DNA of 64,000 nucleotides from Chrysomallon squamiferum. Its lineage: Eukaryota; Animalia; Mollusca. Below are positions 25,541-38,521 of this stretch, one piece after another. The DNA lies in NCBI GenBank assembly GCA_012295275.1, contig CM022674.1, positions 8,618,001 to 8,682,000 on the forward strand, read 5' to 3'. The position numbers and the translations under genes were made by a program. The stretch's first letter is position 1. Each line of letters begins with the position of its first letter. Under the pieces are notes generated by a model. That model ran no database searches, was not told where the DNA came from, and saw only the letters and a list, made by a program, of their open reading frames with translations.

Positions 25541-28361
25541 GGGTCATTCCGTGTCAAATCACCCAAAAAAAAAAGAAATTTAAACCCGACCGTCTCAGAT
25601 TTTTATGAAACTTGGTATATTTGTTGACTGGGATCCCACAGCACCAAATCTGAAATGTTAGCCCAATCAGACCAGTGGTGTGGGAGATACGGCCCTACGA
25701 AATTTGAGATTTTTGCCAAAAATGGGTGTGACCACCAACCTTAGAACCCTCATATCTCAGGAACTACTGGGCCAATCTTCATAAAATTGGTATTGTTAGA
25801 AAGGCAAAATGACAAGGATACCAAATCTGCCATTTTTGTTTAGTTTGGAAAATATTGGAGTACCTTGACCTTTTGACCTTTGCTATGACCTTGAAATTGG
25901 CCGTGTGGATCACGTGATCTTGAGATGACCTTTATTGAAATTTAATCTCCCACATGTTAACTAAAACATATAAAAGTTTCCTGGGTGTAATATTTTTTGT
26001 TTAGCCACAATATAGATTTAAAAAATGCACATACATGAAAATAACACCTTTTCAGCCATTAACATCTGATTAACTAAAACCTGAATGATCAATTCTGGAT
26101 GCTAGGGATCACCATCTTTCTTGATCATCGAGTAAGACATTGTAGGCCTACATGTATGCATAAAGTTCACATAAATCTGAGAGAACTAGGTGTTTCTGAT
26201 GCTTAACCGTCTCACTATGTTTGTTTCAAATGCTCACTGTATCCTTCATTCCCAGACACATTCTACTGTTCTCATCACTTTCATAAAATTGGATTATTTC
26301 CTCCTTCAATTCATTGTCCTTTCAATGGTAAAGGGTGACAAAATCAAGATTTGCACATAGGATTCAGACATTATGATGTCATTTTAATGTTACTGTAGCT
26401 GATGCTAGTTTTTTTTCTGTCCTTTCATTCATTTACTGGAATGTGCTAGAGAATGGAGTTTGACAGGAGTTTTGCCTAAACTCAACAGAATAGAATTCAA
26501 ATCAAAGTCCTTTTCTTGGGAAACAACAACCAGCGGTTTGTCTGGCAAGTTATCACCAAATTCTCCCATTGTAATACCACCCATACTAAAGCCATCTTCT
26601 GCAGGACCTTTGATTTCTGAAGGGTAATCAGACAGTCACAGCACAACTTGTCTCCTGGCACTAGTGTCTTTGGAGGATTTACTAAGCATTTGTAAGTGCC
26701 CATGCTAACAATTCTTAAAGATCTAGTGCGTGCTTGCTCAGGGTGGCGATTAAGGGGATCACAACAGTTTTTCTGCAATGTTGAAAATTTGATGAAAAGT
26801 TCTTGTTCATGATACTCTTGATGTCCCGTGTTTCGATCCCACTTCAAAGAGTGAGGAGTTCGACTTCCTCAGTTTTCCATACACTTCGCAACAACTCCTT
26901 TTTGATATGATGGTGTTGATAACACACATTTTCAGGAGAGTTAAAGCTGCAGTTAGCCTTGGAAGAAATAAGGATTTTCATTATTGGCCTGCACCTTCAA
27001 TTCAATAGAACAAAGTCAGTGCTGAAACAGTTTCAGTAAAGTTAAGCAGGTCATAAAATGGCAGCAGAGTACATGTGTTATTGCCAAAGGCCCACAAGTC
27101 TTGGGCATTTATGTCAATCTTCTCAAGTATAAATCACAGTTTATTAAGGTGAAGTAGACCTTGTTCATACTCTGTGCCGAAGACTGGGTGTACAAATACA
27201 TTATGCAGTACATCACTTGATGACGTCTGATTTCAGACTGGGTTGTACTGTTGTTGACTGAAACCTTGTTCAAAACCAATGGCAAGGCCCACATGACATG
27301 ATAAAATTACTTAATAGGTTTTATGAAATAAAAATATTGTTTATATATCAACATCTGACATTGTGTCCAAATTAAAAAGCTTCAAATTGTCAAAGAAATG
27401 CAGATGAAGAAACTTCTTTTTCTTAAACTTCAAATTGCCATGTGTTCAATGGGGATTGCACCAGGGGATCTAAAGGAATTCCTGACCTGCCTGAAGCATC
27501 ACTTCCTGTTAACCCTTTCAGCCTGATTGTGTAGAACATGTCATGCCATTTGGCATCTTTTCATATCTTTCAGGCATTCCTTCAGACATGTCAGGTGGGT
27601 TTTAACTCCAAAGATGAGTTTTTAGTCTCAGAGAAAATGTACATTGTAATGCATTGTATCAATCATCCATGCAGGTATGCATTTTTTTAAATCTCTATTA
27701 TGGCTAAACAAAAAATATTATACCCAGGAATCTTTTATATGTGAACTTTATGCATACAGGTAGGCCTACAATGTCTTACTCGATGATCAAGAGAGATGGT
27801 GATTCCTAGCATCCAGAATTGATCATTCAGGTTTTAGTTAATCAGATGTTAATGGCTGAAAAGGTGTTATTTTCATGTATGTGCATTTTTTAAATCTATA
27901 TTGTGGCTAAACAAAAAATATTACACCCAGGAAACTTTTATATGTTTTAGTTAACATGTGGGAGATTAAATTTCAATAAAGGTCATCTCAAGATCACGTG
28001 ATCCACACGGTCAATTTCAAGGTCATAGCAAAGGTCAAAAGGTCAAGGTACTCCAATATTTTCCAAACTAAACAAAAATGGCAGATTTGGTATCCTTGTC
28101 ATTTTGCCTTTCTAACAATACCAATTTTATGAAGATTGGCCCAGTAGTTCCTGAGATAGGAGGGTTCTAAGGTTGGTGGTCACACCCATTTTTGGCAAAA
28201 ATCTCAAAATTCGGTGGGCCGTATCTCCCACACCACTGGTCTGATTGAGCTAAAATTTCAGATTTTGTTCTGTGGGATCCCAGTCAACAAGTATACCAAG
28301 TTTCATAAAAATCTGAGACGGTCGGGTTTAAACCATTGGGTGATTTGACACGGAATGACCC
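25541..28361 (-). mobile_element. Non-autonomous, decayed DNA transposon, Sola2-like, 2821 bp, in anoctamin intron 1
   Basis: TIRs begin GGGTCATTCCGTGTCAAATCACCCA and end TGGGTGATTTGACACGGAATGACCC, extending ~630 bp (25541-~26173 and ~27738-28361). A 4-bp TSD ATTA lies at 25537-25540 and 28362-28365. GRG termini, 4-bp TSD, long TIRs and the internal CCDP..RH...LR...L.PG.KLC..C peptide fit Sola2 as I recall the family. Confidence 0.9.
26497..26981 (-). pseudogene. Degenerate transposase N-terminal (Cys/His-rich) remnant
   Basis: MKILISSKANCSFNSPENVCYQHHHIKKELLRSVWKTEEVELLTL*SGIETRDIKSI, then a frameshift into HEQELFIKFSTLQKNCCDPLNRHPEQARTRSLRIVSM...LVPGDKLCCDCL. One internal TGA; no catalytic DDD domain recognised. 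Confidence 0.7.
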
Positions 28362-29226
28362 ATTACAGACTGTATTCAGTCCTTTATACTGAGTCTTAGA
28401 CTTCATTAATACCTCAGTTTTATTGTCTTGCTGAAATAAATAAATAAATAAATAAATCTATCAATAATAATAATAATAATAATCAATAAAAGAAATATTA
28501 TGTCATTTAGTTTATATTTTTTTAAATTTAATATTCAGTACTTTCATACCTGACAAGATTGTTGACATTTCAACTTGAAACCTATTTTATACAGATATAA
28601 TTTTTATTATTATTACTTTTTTAACCTCACAGACCTTCTAACATGCAATGTCAGTGTCCACAAACAGCAAATATCATCTGATAGACAGTGTCCATGTTTC
28701 CAAGAACACTAAAATCATCCAGTGGCAATAATGATTGCTGGTAACAATATCAAATATATCAACTGCCTTGTGCATTTCAGTGTTATGTGTATTCTAACAA
28801 AATTTATTTATTTGTAATATTAAATATAATAAATGTCTTCTCTTTTTCATTATTACAGAAATTCTAATAAATATCATTTCTGTAATGCATTTATCAGTAT
28901 TTGCAACCTAATATTAAATATCATAAACATCTTGTGTATTTCAATATTATAGAAGTTACAGTAAAATAAATTTTCTGTAATGTATATGTTTATCGGTACT
29001 TGCAGTGTAATATAATAAATATCCTGTATATTTCAGCATTATAGACATTATAAATAAAATATCTGTTTCTCTGATGTACCTCTTTATTGCTATAATGCCT
29101 TTCTTTATAGATAAGAGAGGAACTGTACTATAGAGACTGATTCAAACTCCTTCTTAAGGCATTTTATTTTGTCCCTGTATATCAAAACAGCTCTGTGAAA
29201 GAATGGGAAAAACAGTATTTACATAC

Positions 29227-29337
29227 CAACTGGTCCTCATCCAGTATTTTCACTTTGTCCTCATCCTGTCGTTTTGAGGTGGAACCGTAGTCCTCGAGTG
29301 GGAGAGTTGTGCCGTTAATCTTCCTTGTCTCTGTCAT
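29227..29337 (-). CDS. ANO7: Probable first coding exon of the anoctamin (MTETRKINGTTLPLEDYGSTSKRQDEDKVKILDEDQL)
   Basis: ATG at 29337 with an in-frame TGA 7 codons upstream; 111-nt open frame ending TTG|gtatgt in phase 0, compatible with the exon at 9694; exon-like GC content. No conserved motif confirms it. Confidence 0.7.
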
Positions 29338-29374
29338 GTCTTGTACATCTCTTCCTCACCTGCCTCGGCAAAAC

Positions 29375-29762
29375 AGTAACAACAGATAATAATAACAGTT
29401 AATAACAACAGTTAATAACAACAGATAATAATAACAGATAATAACAACAGATAATAACAACAGTTAATAACAACAGATAATAACAACAGATAATAATAAC
29501 AGATAATAATAACAGATAATAATAACAGATAATAACAACAGATAATAATAACAGTTAATAACAACAGATAATAACAACAGTTAATAATAACAGTTAATAA
29601 CAACAGATAATAACAACAGTTAATAATAACAGTTAATAACAACAGATAATAACAACAGTTAATAACAACAGATAATAATAACAGATAATAACAACAGTTA
29701 ATAACAACAGATAATAATAACAGATAATAACAACAGTTAATAACAACAGATAATAATAACAG
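29375..29762. repeat. 12-bp-unit tandem repeat aataa(c/t)aacag(a/t)t
   Basis: Directly visible; abuts the acceptor of the anoctamin start exon. Confidence 0.93.
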
Positions 29763-30244
29763 CTGTAAGAAGAAAAACATTTCTAAAGTAAACTTGAAAA
29801 ATAGCAATAAATTATAACATGAAAAAATACTTTAAGTATTTACTTTCACCCCAAAAAATAAAGATGTTTAATAAGTGAAAAAAGAACAACAAAAAATAAA
29901 TAAAATAAAATAAAAATACATTTTATATATATATATATATGTCGGAAACAGATCCACCTAGTGAAAGTTTAAAAATAATAATAAAGCAAAACAAATTATA
30001 TAATCTCTTTCAATTTGTTTTATCTTCTTTAAAAGATGATAATAAATCATTTTATTACTCCACACTAAACTACTGAACACACATAAATAATTAAATAAAC
30101 ATTAAAAGGTACAGATCTGTATTAAAGTGTAATTATAATCCCATTTTAATTTGTTAGGATGTGCTAAAAGCTATTATCTGTGTCATTATTCTGTCATATT
30201 GTTGCTATGAATTAATTTGGATATAAATCATATAAAGCTTGTGG

Positions 30245-30297
<53 letters not shown>

Positions 30298-31519
30298 ATC
30301 TATTTGTAAGTAATATTTGCTATTTTAGTTTTTGAAAACTAGGTTGTTATTCACTTTAATATCAATAACTGCAGCTGTTGTGCAACAGCATAAATTAAAA
30401 AAACAAGAAAAAATAGAAACAGACATTAAAAAAAGGCATCTAATACTTCAAATTTCATTATGTTATAGATTTTGTCAACTAGCAAACAGTGTAGTTAGAT
30501 ATAATTAGTAAATTCTGATACAAAATAAAGAGACTTGTCGATGTGTTAGGTAATACACTGGAATGAACTTTTGATTTGCTAATTATACAGAACTTTATCA
30601 TGATTATACTTCTTTTGTACTGCATAGGATGTGACTCAGTACTTAGAGTGGTGGGCAAAATGTTTGATTATCATGGTAAAAGCTGCTGACAGACAGGAAT
30701 AATAGTTTTATATGACACACCAGAGAGTCTGTGTAACTCACTGTACCATGACAGTTAAAGCAGTTACCATAGATACTGAAGTTAAGATATTCAAGAAGAC
30801 ATACTTGCACTTAACTCTAAGGTCTTTCAAACAGATTTTAAAACACTTACTGATGTTTGTTATCAGTAAAAAATGGCTGAATCATCTTGGCAACTGATTG
30901 AAAATTGAAAATAGCTCAAATTTCACACAGAGGAGTATTAACCCTTTGAAATACAGCTGATCAGAGTCTGTTTTCTGTTAACTATTATTATTTTATGACT
31001 AATAACTAATTTCTGTTAGCATGACCTGACCAATACTGAAGTTTAGATGCACCTAGAAATTAATCAACATACAAAACAATATTAATATTTAACAGAAAAT
31101 TGATGTTCTTAATAAAGAAATATTGTAAAATTACACTAATTTCTGTGGCATGTTAGTGCTAGCATGCAACACAACAGACGAATCCTGCTTTGACCTTCAG
31201 TCTGATAAACACACTAAACACAGACATTTTGAAAACATCCACATTCTGTTATTGCTGTATATTATGAAGATTACAACAACTACACAATAAGGTCAATACA
31301 ATTATTTTCTTTTCAATATGCTTTTGTCCAAGCTATAGTGACCGGTCCACTTCTTTACGTGTCCAGTGGACCAGATGATTACTACTGTGTTAAAACCAGT
31401 GCTGTTACTTTTCACTGAAAGCTACAAGTTCAAGGAGTAGGACTAACTTCTTTAAATATGTCTAAATAAACATGTTTTAAATAACACATAATTATTAATA
31501 ATTTATCAAAGTCAGAGAG

Positions 31520-31562
<43 letters not shown>

Positions 31563-31879
31563 ATTCAACTAATTTGAAACATAACACTACTAATAAATGT
31601 CAACCATATATTTGTGTGTGTTTATATACACACACACTCATACACACACAAACATACACACACACTCATACACACACAAACATATGTTAACATTTATTAG
31701 CAGTCTATGTTTGATCAGTTTATACTTCTGAAGAGTATCAGAAAGGAAACCCTGTCTCTCACTCCACAGGTTGCACCTTCTGATTATCAAAGATCTTTAA
31801 TATTAATTAACAGCAAGATCTATTCTGTATTGATTAAAAGGAGAGAGTCCTTATTAGTGATCAGCAGGAAGACTTCCTT

Positions 31880-32345
31880 AAGTTTAATTATCAGAAAGGT
31901 TTCTTTTATTTTAATTATCAGAAAGGTTTCCTTTATTTTAATTAGCAAGATGGTTTTCTTCATTTTAATTAGTAAGATAAATTAATTTCCTTTAACTTAA
32001 TTAGCAGAAAGGTTTCCTTTATTTTAATTAGCCATATGCTTTTCTTCAATTAATTAGCAAGATGGTTTTCTTCATTTTAATTAGCAAGATGGTTTCCTTC
32101 ATTTTAATTAGCAAGATGGTTTCCTTCATTTTAATTAGCAAGATGGTTTTCTTCAATTAATTAGCAAGATGGTTTTCTTCATTTTAATTAGCAAGATGGT
32201 TTCCTTTATTTTAATTAGCAAGATGGTTTCCTTCATTTTAATTAGCAAGATGGTTTTCTTCAATTAATTAGCAAGATGGTTTTCTTCATTTAATTAGCAA
32301 GATGGTTTTCTTCATTTTAATTAGCAAGATGGTTTCTTTATATTA
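31880..32345. repeat. Minisatellite, ~27-bp unit ttagcaagatggtttccttcattttaa; ~3 related copies also at 37822-37910
   Basis: Directly visible at both sites in the same orientation. Confidence 0.9.
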
Positions 32346-32377
32346 ATTAACATGGAAGATTCCTTTATTATCCTTAC

Positions 32378-32520
32378 CTGTGTTTTACCTATTTGAATAA
32401 ACCATTGTGACAGGGACTGACAGGGACTGTTACCAGTCAGACTGCAGCCTGTGCATCCAGCTTTTTGTCTATAGACCTTTCACAAAGATTTCAACACATT
32501 GTTACAGAAACCTTAACAGC
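32378..32520 (-). other. Possible non-coding 5'UTR exon of the anoctamin
   Basis: Strong donor CAG|gtaagg at 32378, upstream of the acceptor at 29359; 5' boundary not determined. Confidence 0.3.
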
Positions 32521-33481
32521 TGCAAGTTATCAAGTGTAAAAATGTGTGCATATTTGTTTCTATATGAATGTGTGTGTGTGTGTATGTGTGTGTATATGAG
32601 AGAGATAAAAGAGAAATGATATATGTGTGTATGTTGACCATTACTTATAAAAGCAATTATTCACGTACACAAACACACTGACATACATTTACATAAAGAT
32701 GAGCAAACTATTTATAATAAAATATAAGATAAATTTGTGTTATAAATAACTTTAATGTATTGTTTCATGTGGGGTTTTTTTGTGATTTTGTTATTATTAT
32801 TTATATAGCATTCCCAGTAGAAATAAAATATGCATTTGTCATTCATATGAAAACTTTGTATCTAATTTTAATAATAGATTTTATTCTCAAAATATTTTAA
32901 CAAATAATTTTTAAACAAGTATTAATTTTTCTCACCTTGTGCATCAGCATAAATTATATTTTAAATTTTCTTTATCTGAAGAAGTATTAAGTACATTGCT
33001 AGGTGAACAGATCAATGACTGGATTCACAAACTGATGAAAGGTTCAGTGGCTGGGTGTAGGGAAAACAGATAAAAGATAAAAAAAAGACCTAGATGGATG
33101 GAAAGGGATAATCTGTCAGATGGAATGACAGATGGAGGAATGTTAAACAGGATAAATGATTGATCAATGGATAACAAACATTACATGGCAAATGTTGCAA
33201 AGTAATTATCATAATTTCAGTTTCTAAATTAAGTGGCATACATATTAATGTTAAAAAATATCAAAGTTAATTAAAAAGTTTTTATGCTGTATATAACAAC
33301 CTAATTATGAATGTATGGCATAATTAGTAAAGAAAAAGAGGTTTTATGGTCAAATAATATCTGTTGTTAAATCCTTAGCCTACTGCAACATGATAAACTT
33401 TCTGTACAATTATTCCAATATAACTTACTATAAATATTCTATAAACTATTTTTCCATATAAAAAAAAAAATATTTAAAAAT

Positions 33482-33512
<31 letters not shown>

Positions 33513-33889
33513 ATTTTATCCACCTTAAGTTTTAACAAATAATGGCAGATATTTGTGTATTAAAAAGGAAAAGGAAATAATACCACTCTTGAACAAAATA
33601 AATATTATGATTGTTTATTTTAAGCTCTTGGTTGAACAATAAGATACTTAAGATAAAATAATGAAAGTTTCTATTAAAATTACTTTAAAATTATTATAGT
33701 TATTGTTTTTCTTATTTTTTAATTTTGCCTAATAAAATATTTTCTTTATAATAAATAATTAAGAGACATGGTAAATCCTTTTACAAAATATAATTTGATC
33801 ATAAGCATAGATTTCTATAAAACATTCTAAATATTTGTTTATATATATATTATATATATATATAACAAATATATATAATGGGTATGTGA

Positions 33890-34757
33890 TACGGCTCAAA
33901 ATACAAATGTAATTTAATAAGGAGACGGTGTATTGTACTTATTGTCAGACTCTACAGTTGTTTATGCTGCCTGCCACTAGCTGCAAGATCATCCTATGTA
34001 GGATTCGTTCACTTTAATTCCCATAGTTTATTAAAAACAAAATACCAACCTGAAATATTAATGGTAATTCCTCTGCAAGTGTTACACCTGCACGCACGTA
34101 TCCCATCCACAACTAAAACTCATCGCAACAACATTTTTCCCCATCACAAAACGTGGTTTAACATTCCTATACAAATATCGTCTGTTGTCAACTTCATCAT
34201 GATGGCTTGGCGGTGTACAACTATTTTGCTTCTCCTGACAAACGTTCCGTTTAATGGCGAGCATTACTTGTCGGTAAAAATATTATGAATGACAATAGTG
34301 AAGTTGAGTTTGACTGAATAGAAATATAGCTTTAATTTCTGAACTATTTTTTTTTATTATTTTTTTTTTTGGGGATTTATTTATTTATTTATTTATTTAA
34401 GTTGTTGTTATTTTTTTTTTTTTTTATTGTATTATTATTATTATTTTTTTTTTATTTTTTATTGTTTATTTCTTCTATTCAAATTTGTTGTTGGTTAATG
34501 TTTTTGTTACTTTGCTGTTGCTGACTTCGATGTGGTTATTCTTCCTTTTCTTTTACGTATAACTATGTCGTCACTTGAATCAATTTTGTTAATATTAAAA
34601 CAGTTTGAAATGCATTTTTAAAATTATTATTTATAATTACAACATGTCACATTAAGAATATTTCATATGAAATAAATTGATAGGACTTCTATTGAAAACA
34701 AGCAAATTATTCTAACACGAATTCTATTTTTTTCTTTTTTTTTAATAACCTTCAATA

Positions 34758-34794
<37 letters not shown>

Positions 34795-35590
34795 GCTGGT
34801 TTTAGTTTTTAAGATGGGCGGGGTCCCACACGTTAATTCAGTTTTTTATGAAAGTTTTTTTAACGACTTTTCAGAAATTCCCGGGTACTAGAATATGCCG
34901 AATAGTATACACTGGTACCTTGACTTACGAGTTTAATTCGTTTCGTTACTGATCTCGTAACTCAAATTGTTCGTATATCAAATCAATTTTCCCAACTGAA
35001 ATTAAATGAAATACCATCCGTTCCAGCTCCCCATTGTTTTATTTTATTTTTTTTTTTTTTTTTGTACAATGTTTTTAAATAAGAAAAATGTTTTTATAAA
35101 TGACAAATATTGTATAAAAACAAAATTAAAGAGAATGTAAAGAAATAAACTGATTTTGTAAAGTGTATTTATCTTGGAGATCAGACAAATTATTTTAACG
35201 CCTTTGGCTGGAATTACACATCCTTTATCGACTCCTTCAGCTTCAGTATGGTACATATCGTAGAAGTACTATGCTCATGCTGCCTAGCCTACATGCACAC
35301 CTCGCTCATACATACACACATACGTAGCTATTCACACTGGATAATCATATTTTATTATATATTATCTGTATCTCACACAGGCCGTATTCAAAAGAAGAAT
35401 GCTGAGCCCACCGACGGCTGTTTTATCTGATTCTAAATGTCATCTCGCTGTCTGACCTTTAAACAACGTCTAATTAAATACCATTTCACAAATCAAATTT
35501 AGTACTCCTTAATAGAATGTATATTTTATTCTACAACGGTTCTTTGTATGTTTGTTTATTTTTTCTTTATTTTTTTATTTCTATTTGTTA

Positions 35591-35648
<58 letters not shown>

Positions 35649-38170
35649 GTTTTTGAACGGTTATTTTATTTTATTTATTATTTTCTTTCTTTCGTTTGAC
35701 TGCTTTTTTGTTGTTGGTAGTGGTGGTTTTGTTTAGTAGGGTATTGTAGCATAAAATGTATTTGACGAGTTTGTCTGAACTGTGTTCCTTAATTATGAAT
35801 GAATCGCCTTATTTATCTACTAAATAAAGTCATTTTGATTTTCTTACTTTTTTTTTTTTTTTTTTTTCTTTCTTTTGTTGTTGTTGTGTGTTTTTTCTCT
35901 CCCTTTTTTCTTTAATTTGTTTTTGATTTTATTCTTCGTCCTTTGTAAAATGTTTTAACTTATCTATTAGAGCAACGAATCATTAATTTAATTATGCATG
36001 AATTTATTAGTTTCCAGTATCATATACAGATAATCTTGGTTCTTTAAATATTAATATTATTTAATTTTAAACTTTGAAGTATTTTTATTTATACAATAAT
36101 AATAAAAATGATACATCTGTAGGACATTTTTAATGGAGTATATTATTTGGGTAAACACCTCCTGAGCGAAACCATCGATCGGCCACGAAAACCTTTAACC
36201 AGGCGGAAAGCGGCAGCGCTGAAACTTTATTGTAATACTGACATAAAATGAGAACAGCTGCTGCCGAAATAATTGCAGTACTCAAAACTTTAGCAATTTA
36301 TTGCACAGTTGACTGATACAGTATTTCACTATTCGTTGATTTTAATTTATAAACAATTAATTAAAAATCAATACAAGAATTACTTATATGAGCATTCTGA
36401 ATCTTAATGAAATTTGTAGAAGGACGATAAGTGGTACTTTGTGGATTTGGAAATGAAAATAAAACTTTTTTGTTGTTGTTTGTTTGTTTATTTTGGTTTT
36501 ATTTGGTTTTATTTATTATTTTTTTATTATTTTGTTTTAAATTATTTTTATTTACATGTTAATTTATTTTATTTATATATATATTTTCGCTAGTAGAAGA
36601 ACTCACCATAAAGTTTTGTTTGTTTTATTAACGTTTTATCTAATGTATTTAATTTCATTTATTTTAATACATAATTAACATTTTTTAATTATAATTAATT
36701 TTATTTTATATGTAATTTATTGTTTAAACGAATTAAGAATTCTGAGGATGCATGCGACAAGTCATTCATCACTAACGATCTCTACTGATATGGTTAATGA
36801 CATCACGCAAACAACTTTATAAAAATAAAATTAGTTTCCGTTAGAAACAGTAATTAATGTGTTTTCAGTTGTTTTATCTCATTTTCTTTCTAATTTAATG
36901 TATTGCTTTTTTGTGTACGTAGCTAGGTGTTTGTATGTACGAATGTTTAATATGTATGTATGAATGTATATGTATTAATATTTGTATGTCCCGCATATAT
37001 GTATATTTACATATATTTTTTCATTTCGTACAAAAAAAACCCCACACAAACACAAACTGGCTGATTTATTATAAATACACTGAAGAAAGAGATTTTAAAC
37101 CATTATTATTATCGTTGTTGTTGTTGTTGTTATTTTACTCTAGTAACTAAATAGGATCAGATATGGAGATAAAATATTGCAAATATGATTTATAAACGAT
37201 TGGAATTCCTGGAAAAAATAACAAGCAGTCCATAAAATATATGATAAAAGTAATGATTTATATTTGAGTGCCCACCATACTGCCTCGTTTCCCACAAGAG
37301 AAAGTTAATTACATTAAATGGTTTCCTAAGCTCACACGAAATGTGAGCTGTGTGTTAATGCCAGGAAATGCTGATATTACACCAGATTTGAGAATTTGTC
37401 AAAGCTGATCTCTTCTGTCCTGGCTGGACACTGACTTGTTTTGATGACGTAAATCCTAATAGAAACACCAAGTGTGTCGCACTGCTGGCGTGTTACAGCT
37501 GTTTATCTGGACAGCCCAGGCTTTTCAAGGGTTTCGATTTTAATAGATAAAAACTGTGAGCTATTATATATACCTCACCCACATATCCGTTGAAATAGAT
37601 GTAATAATGGGTTAATGGTAATAGAACATATGTATGCATATATGCCTGTATGTATGTATGTATGCATGCATGTTTAATTGTGTGTATCTGTTAGTTATTT
37701 TCGTTTATGGCAATAGAAAGATTATTTATCCAAAGAATCCTTTTTAAATAATTATTTATGGTATTTGATATTTGTTTTGTAAAAGCGTTTTGATTTAATG
37801 TCGATTATATACTTATATGTTTAGTTTAATTAACAGAAAGGTTTCCTTTAGTTTAATCAGCAGAAAGATTTGCTTTATTTCAATTAGCAAGATGGTTTCT
37901 TTTATTTCAGTTTTAATAAAATTTCTTATTATTCTTCTGGTATCGCCATTGTTGCGTCCTTTCCGTGACGTCATTTGAGTACCAAAGCAGTACATGTGCG
38001 CGAGCCCGTCTATTCTTTATTCAAACACACAATTTAATTCTGAATATTTCAACTTATCAAAGTTATCGTTTTTTGATGAAATACTCAACAATTTGCAACG
38101 ATATTTTAGGATCTTTAGACCAAGCTATTTGTTAATATAAGTAATATTAACTCTGATTCACTGATGACGG
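33890..38170. promoter_or_regulatory. CpG-retaining intergenic/promoter zone upstream of the anoctamin gene
   Basis: CG dinucleotides are visibly frequent here and scarce in flanking introns. GC box GGGCGGGG at 34816-34823; palindromic CRE TGACGTCA at 37966-37973; YY1-like AATGGCG (minus) at 37950-37944; CG cluster at 36165-36220. Confidence 0.55.
35593..35648. repeat. (TAT)n microsatellite
   Basis: Directly visible. Confidence 0.92.
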
Positions 38171-38489
38171 TGACAAATTAATATAATAATAATAATAATA
38201 ACAATAATAATAAAAAAAATGATGATGATAAAATTATTTTTTAGGTAAGAAATCATGAAAAAAGAATAAAACAGTTTTCAGATATAAAATTCAAACCACA
38301 ACATAAAAGTTTAATTACAATAAAAAGTAAAATTTATAAAGAAATAAATGTATGTGTATATACATATATCTATTTATATGTAATGTATAATATATACACT
38401 ACATACATACATATATAGTATTATATATATTTATATATATATATATCTATATGCACACACACACGTCAGTAAATGTATCTACCTGTATA

Positions 38490-38521
<32 letters not shown>

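Larger units (their letters stand above)
1..29337 (-). other. ANO7: Anoctamin (TMEM16) gene, ANO7-like, 5' part (11 coding exons; continues past the window's left edge)
   Basis: Hand-spliced exons give MTETRK...YFRDGLRKIDYVLVYE...FIKVHAPWDV...AAFPLH...[45 protein letters not shown]...MCPLCD...[28 protein letters not shown]...ERPRPEF. These are hallmark anoctamin motifs. All introns are GT-AG with compatible phases. The ANO7-like call rests on remembered motif similarity, not a search. Confidence 0.93.

Noticed and set aside
29412-29807. 131-aa ORF of CCYYLLLLSVVIN repeats
   Set aside because: Translation of the 12-bp tandem repeat.
34061-34288. Overlapping 75-aa (+) and 60-aa (-) ORFs in a GC-richer patch
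   Set aside because: No recognisable motif or phase-compatible splice partner; more likely promoter or UTR sequence.
35180-35460. CpG-containing segment considered as a SINE or structured RNA
   Set aside because: I could not recognise A/B boxes, a cloverleaf, a TSD or a tail; it needs an Rfam/Dfam search.
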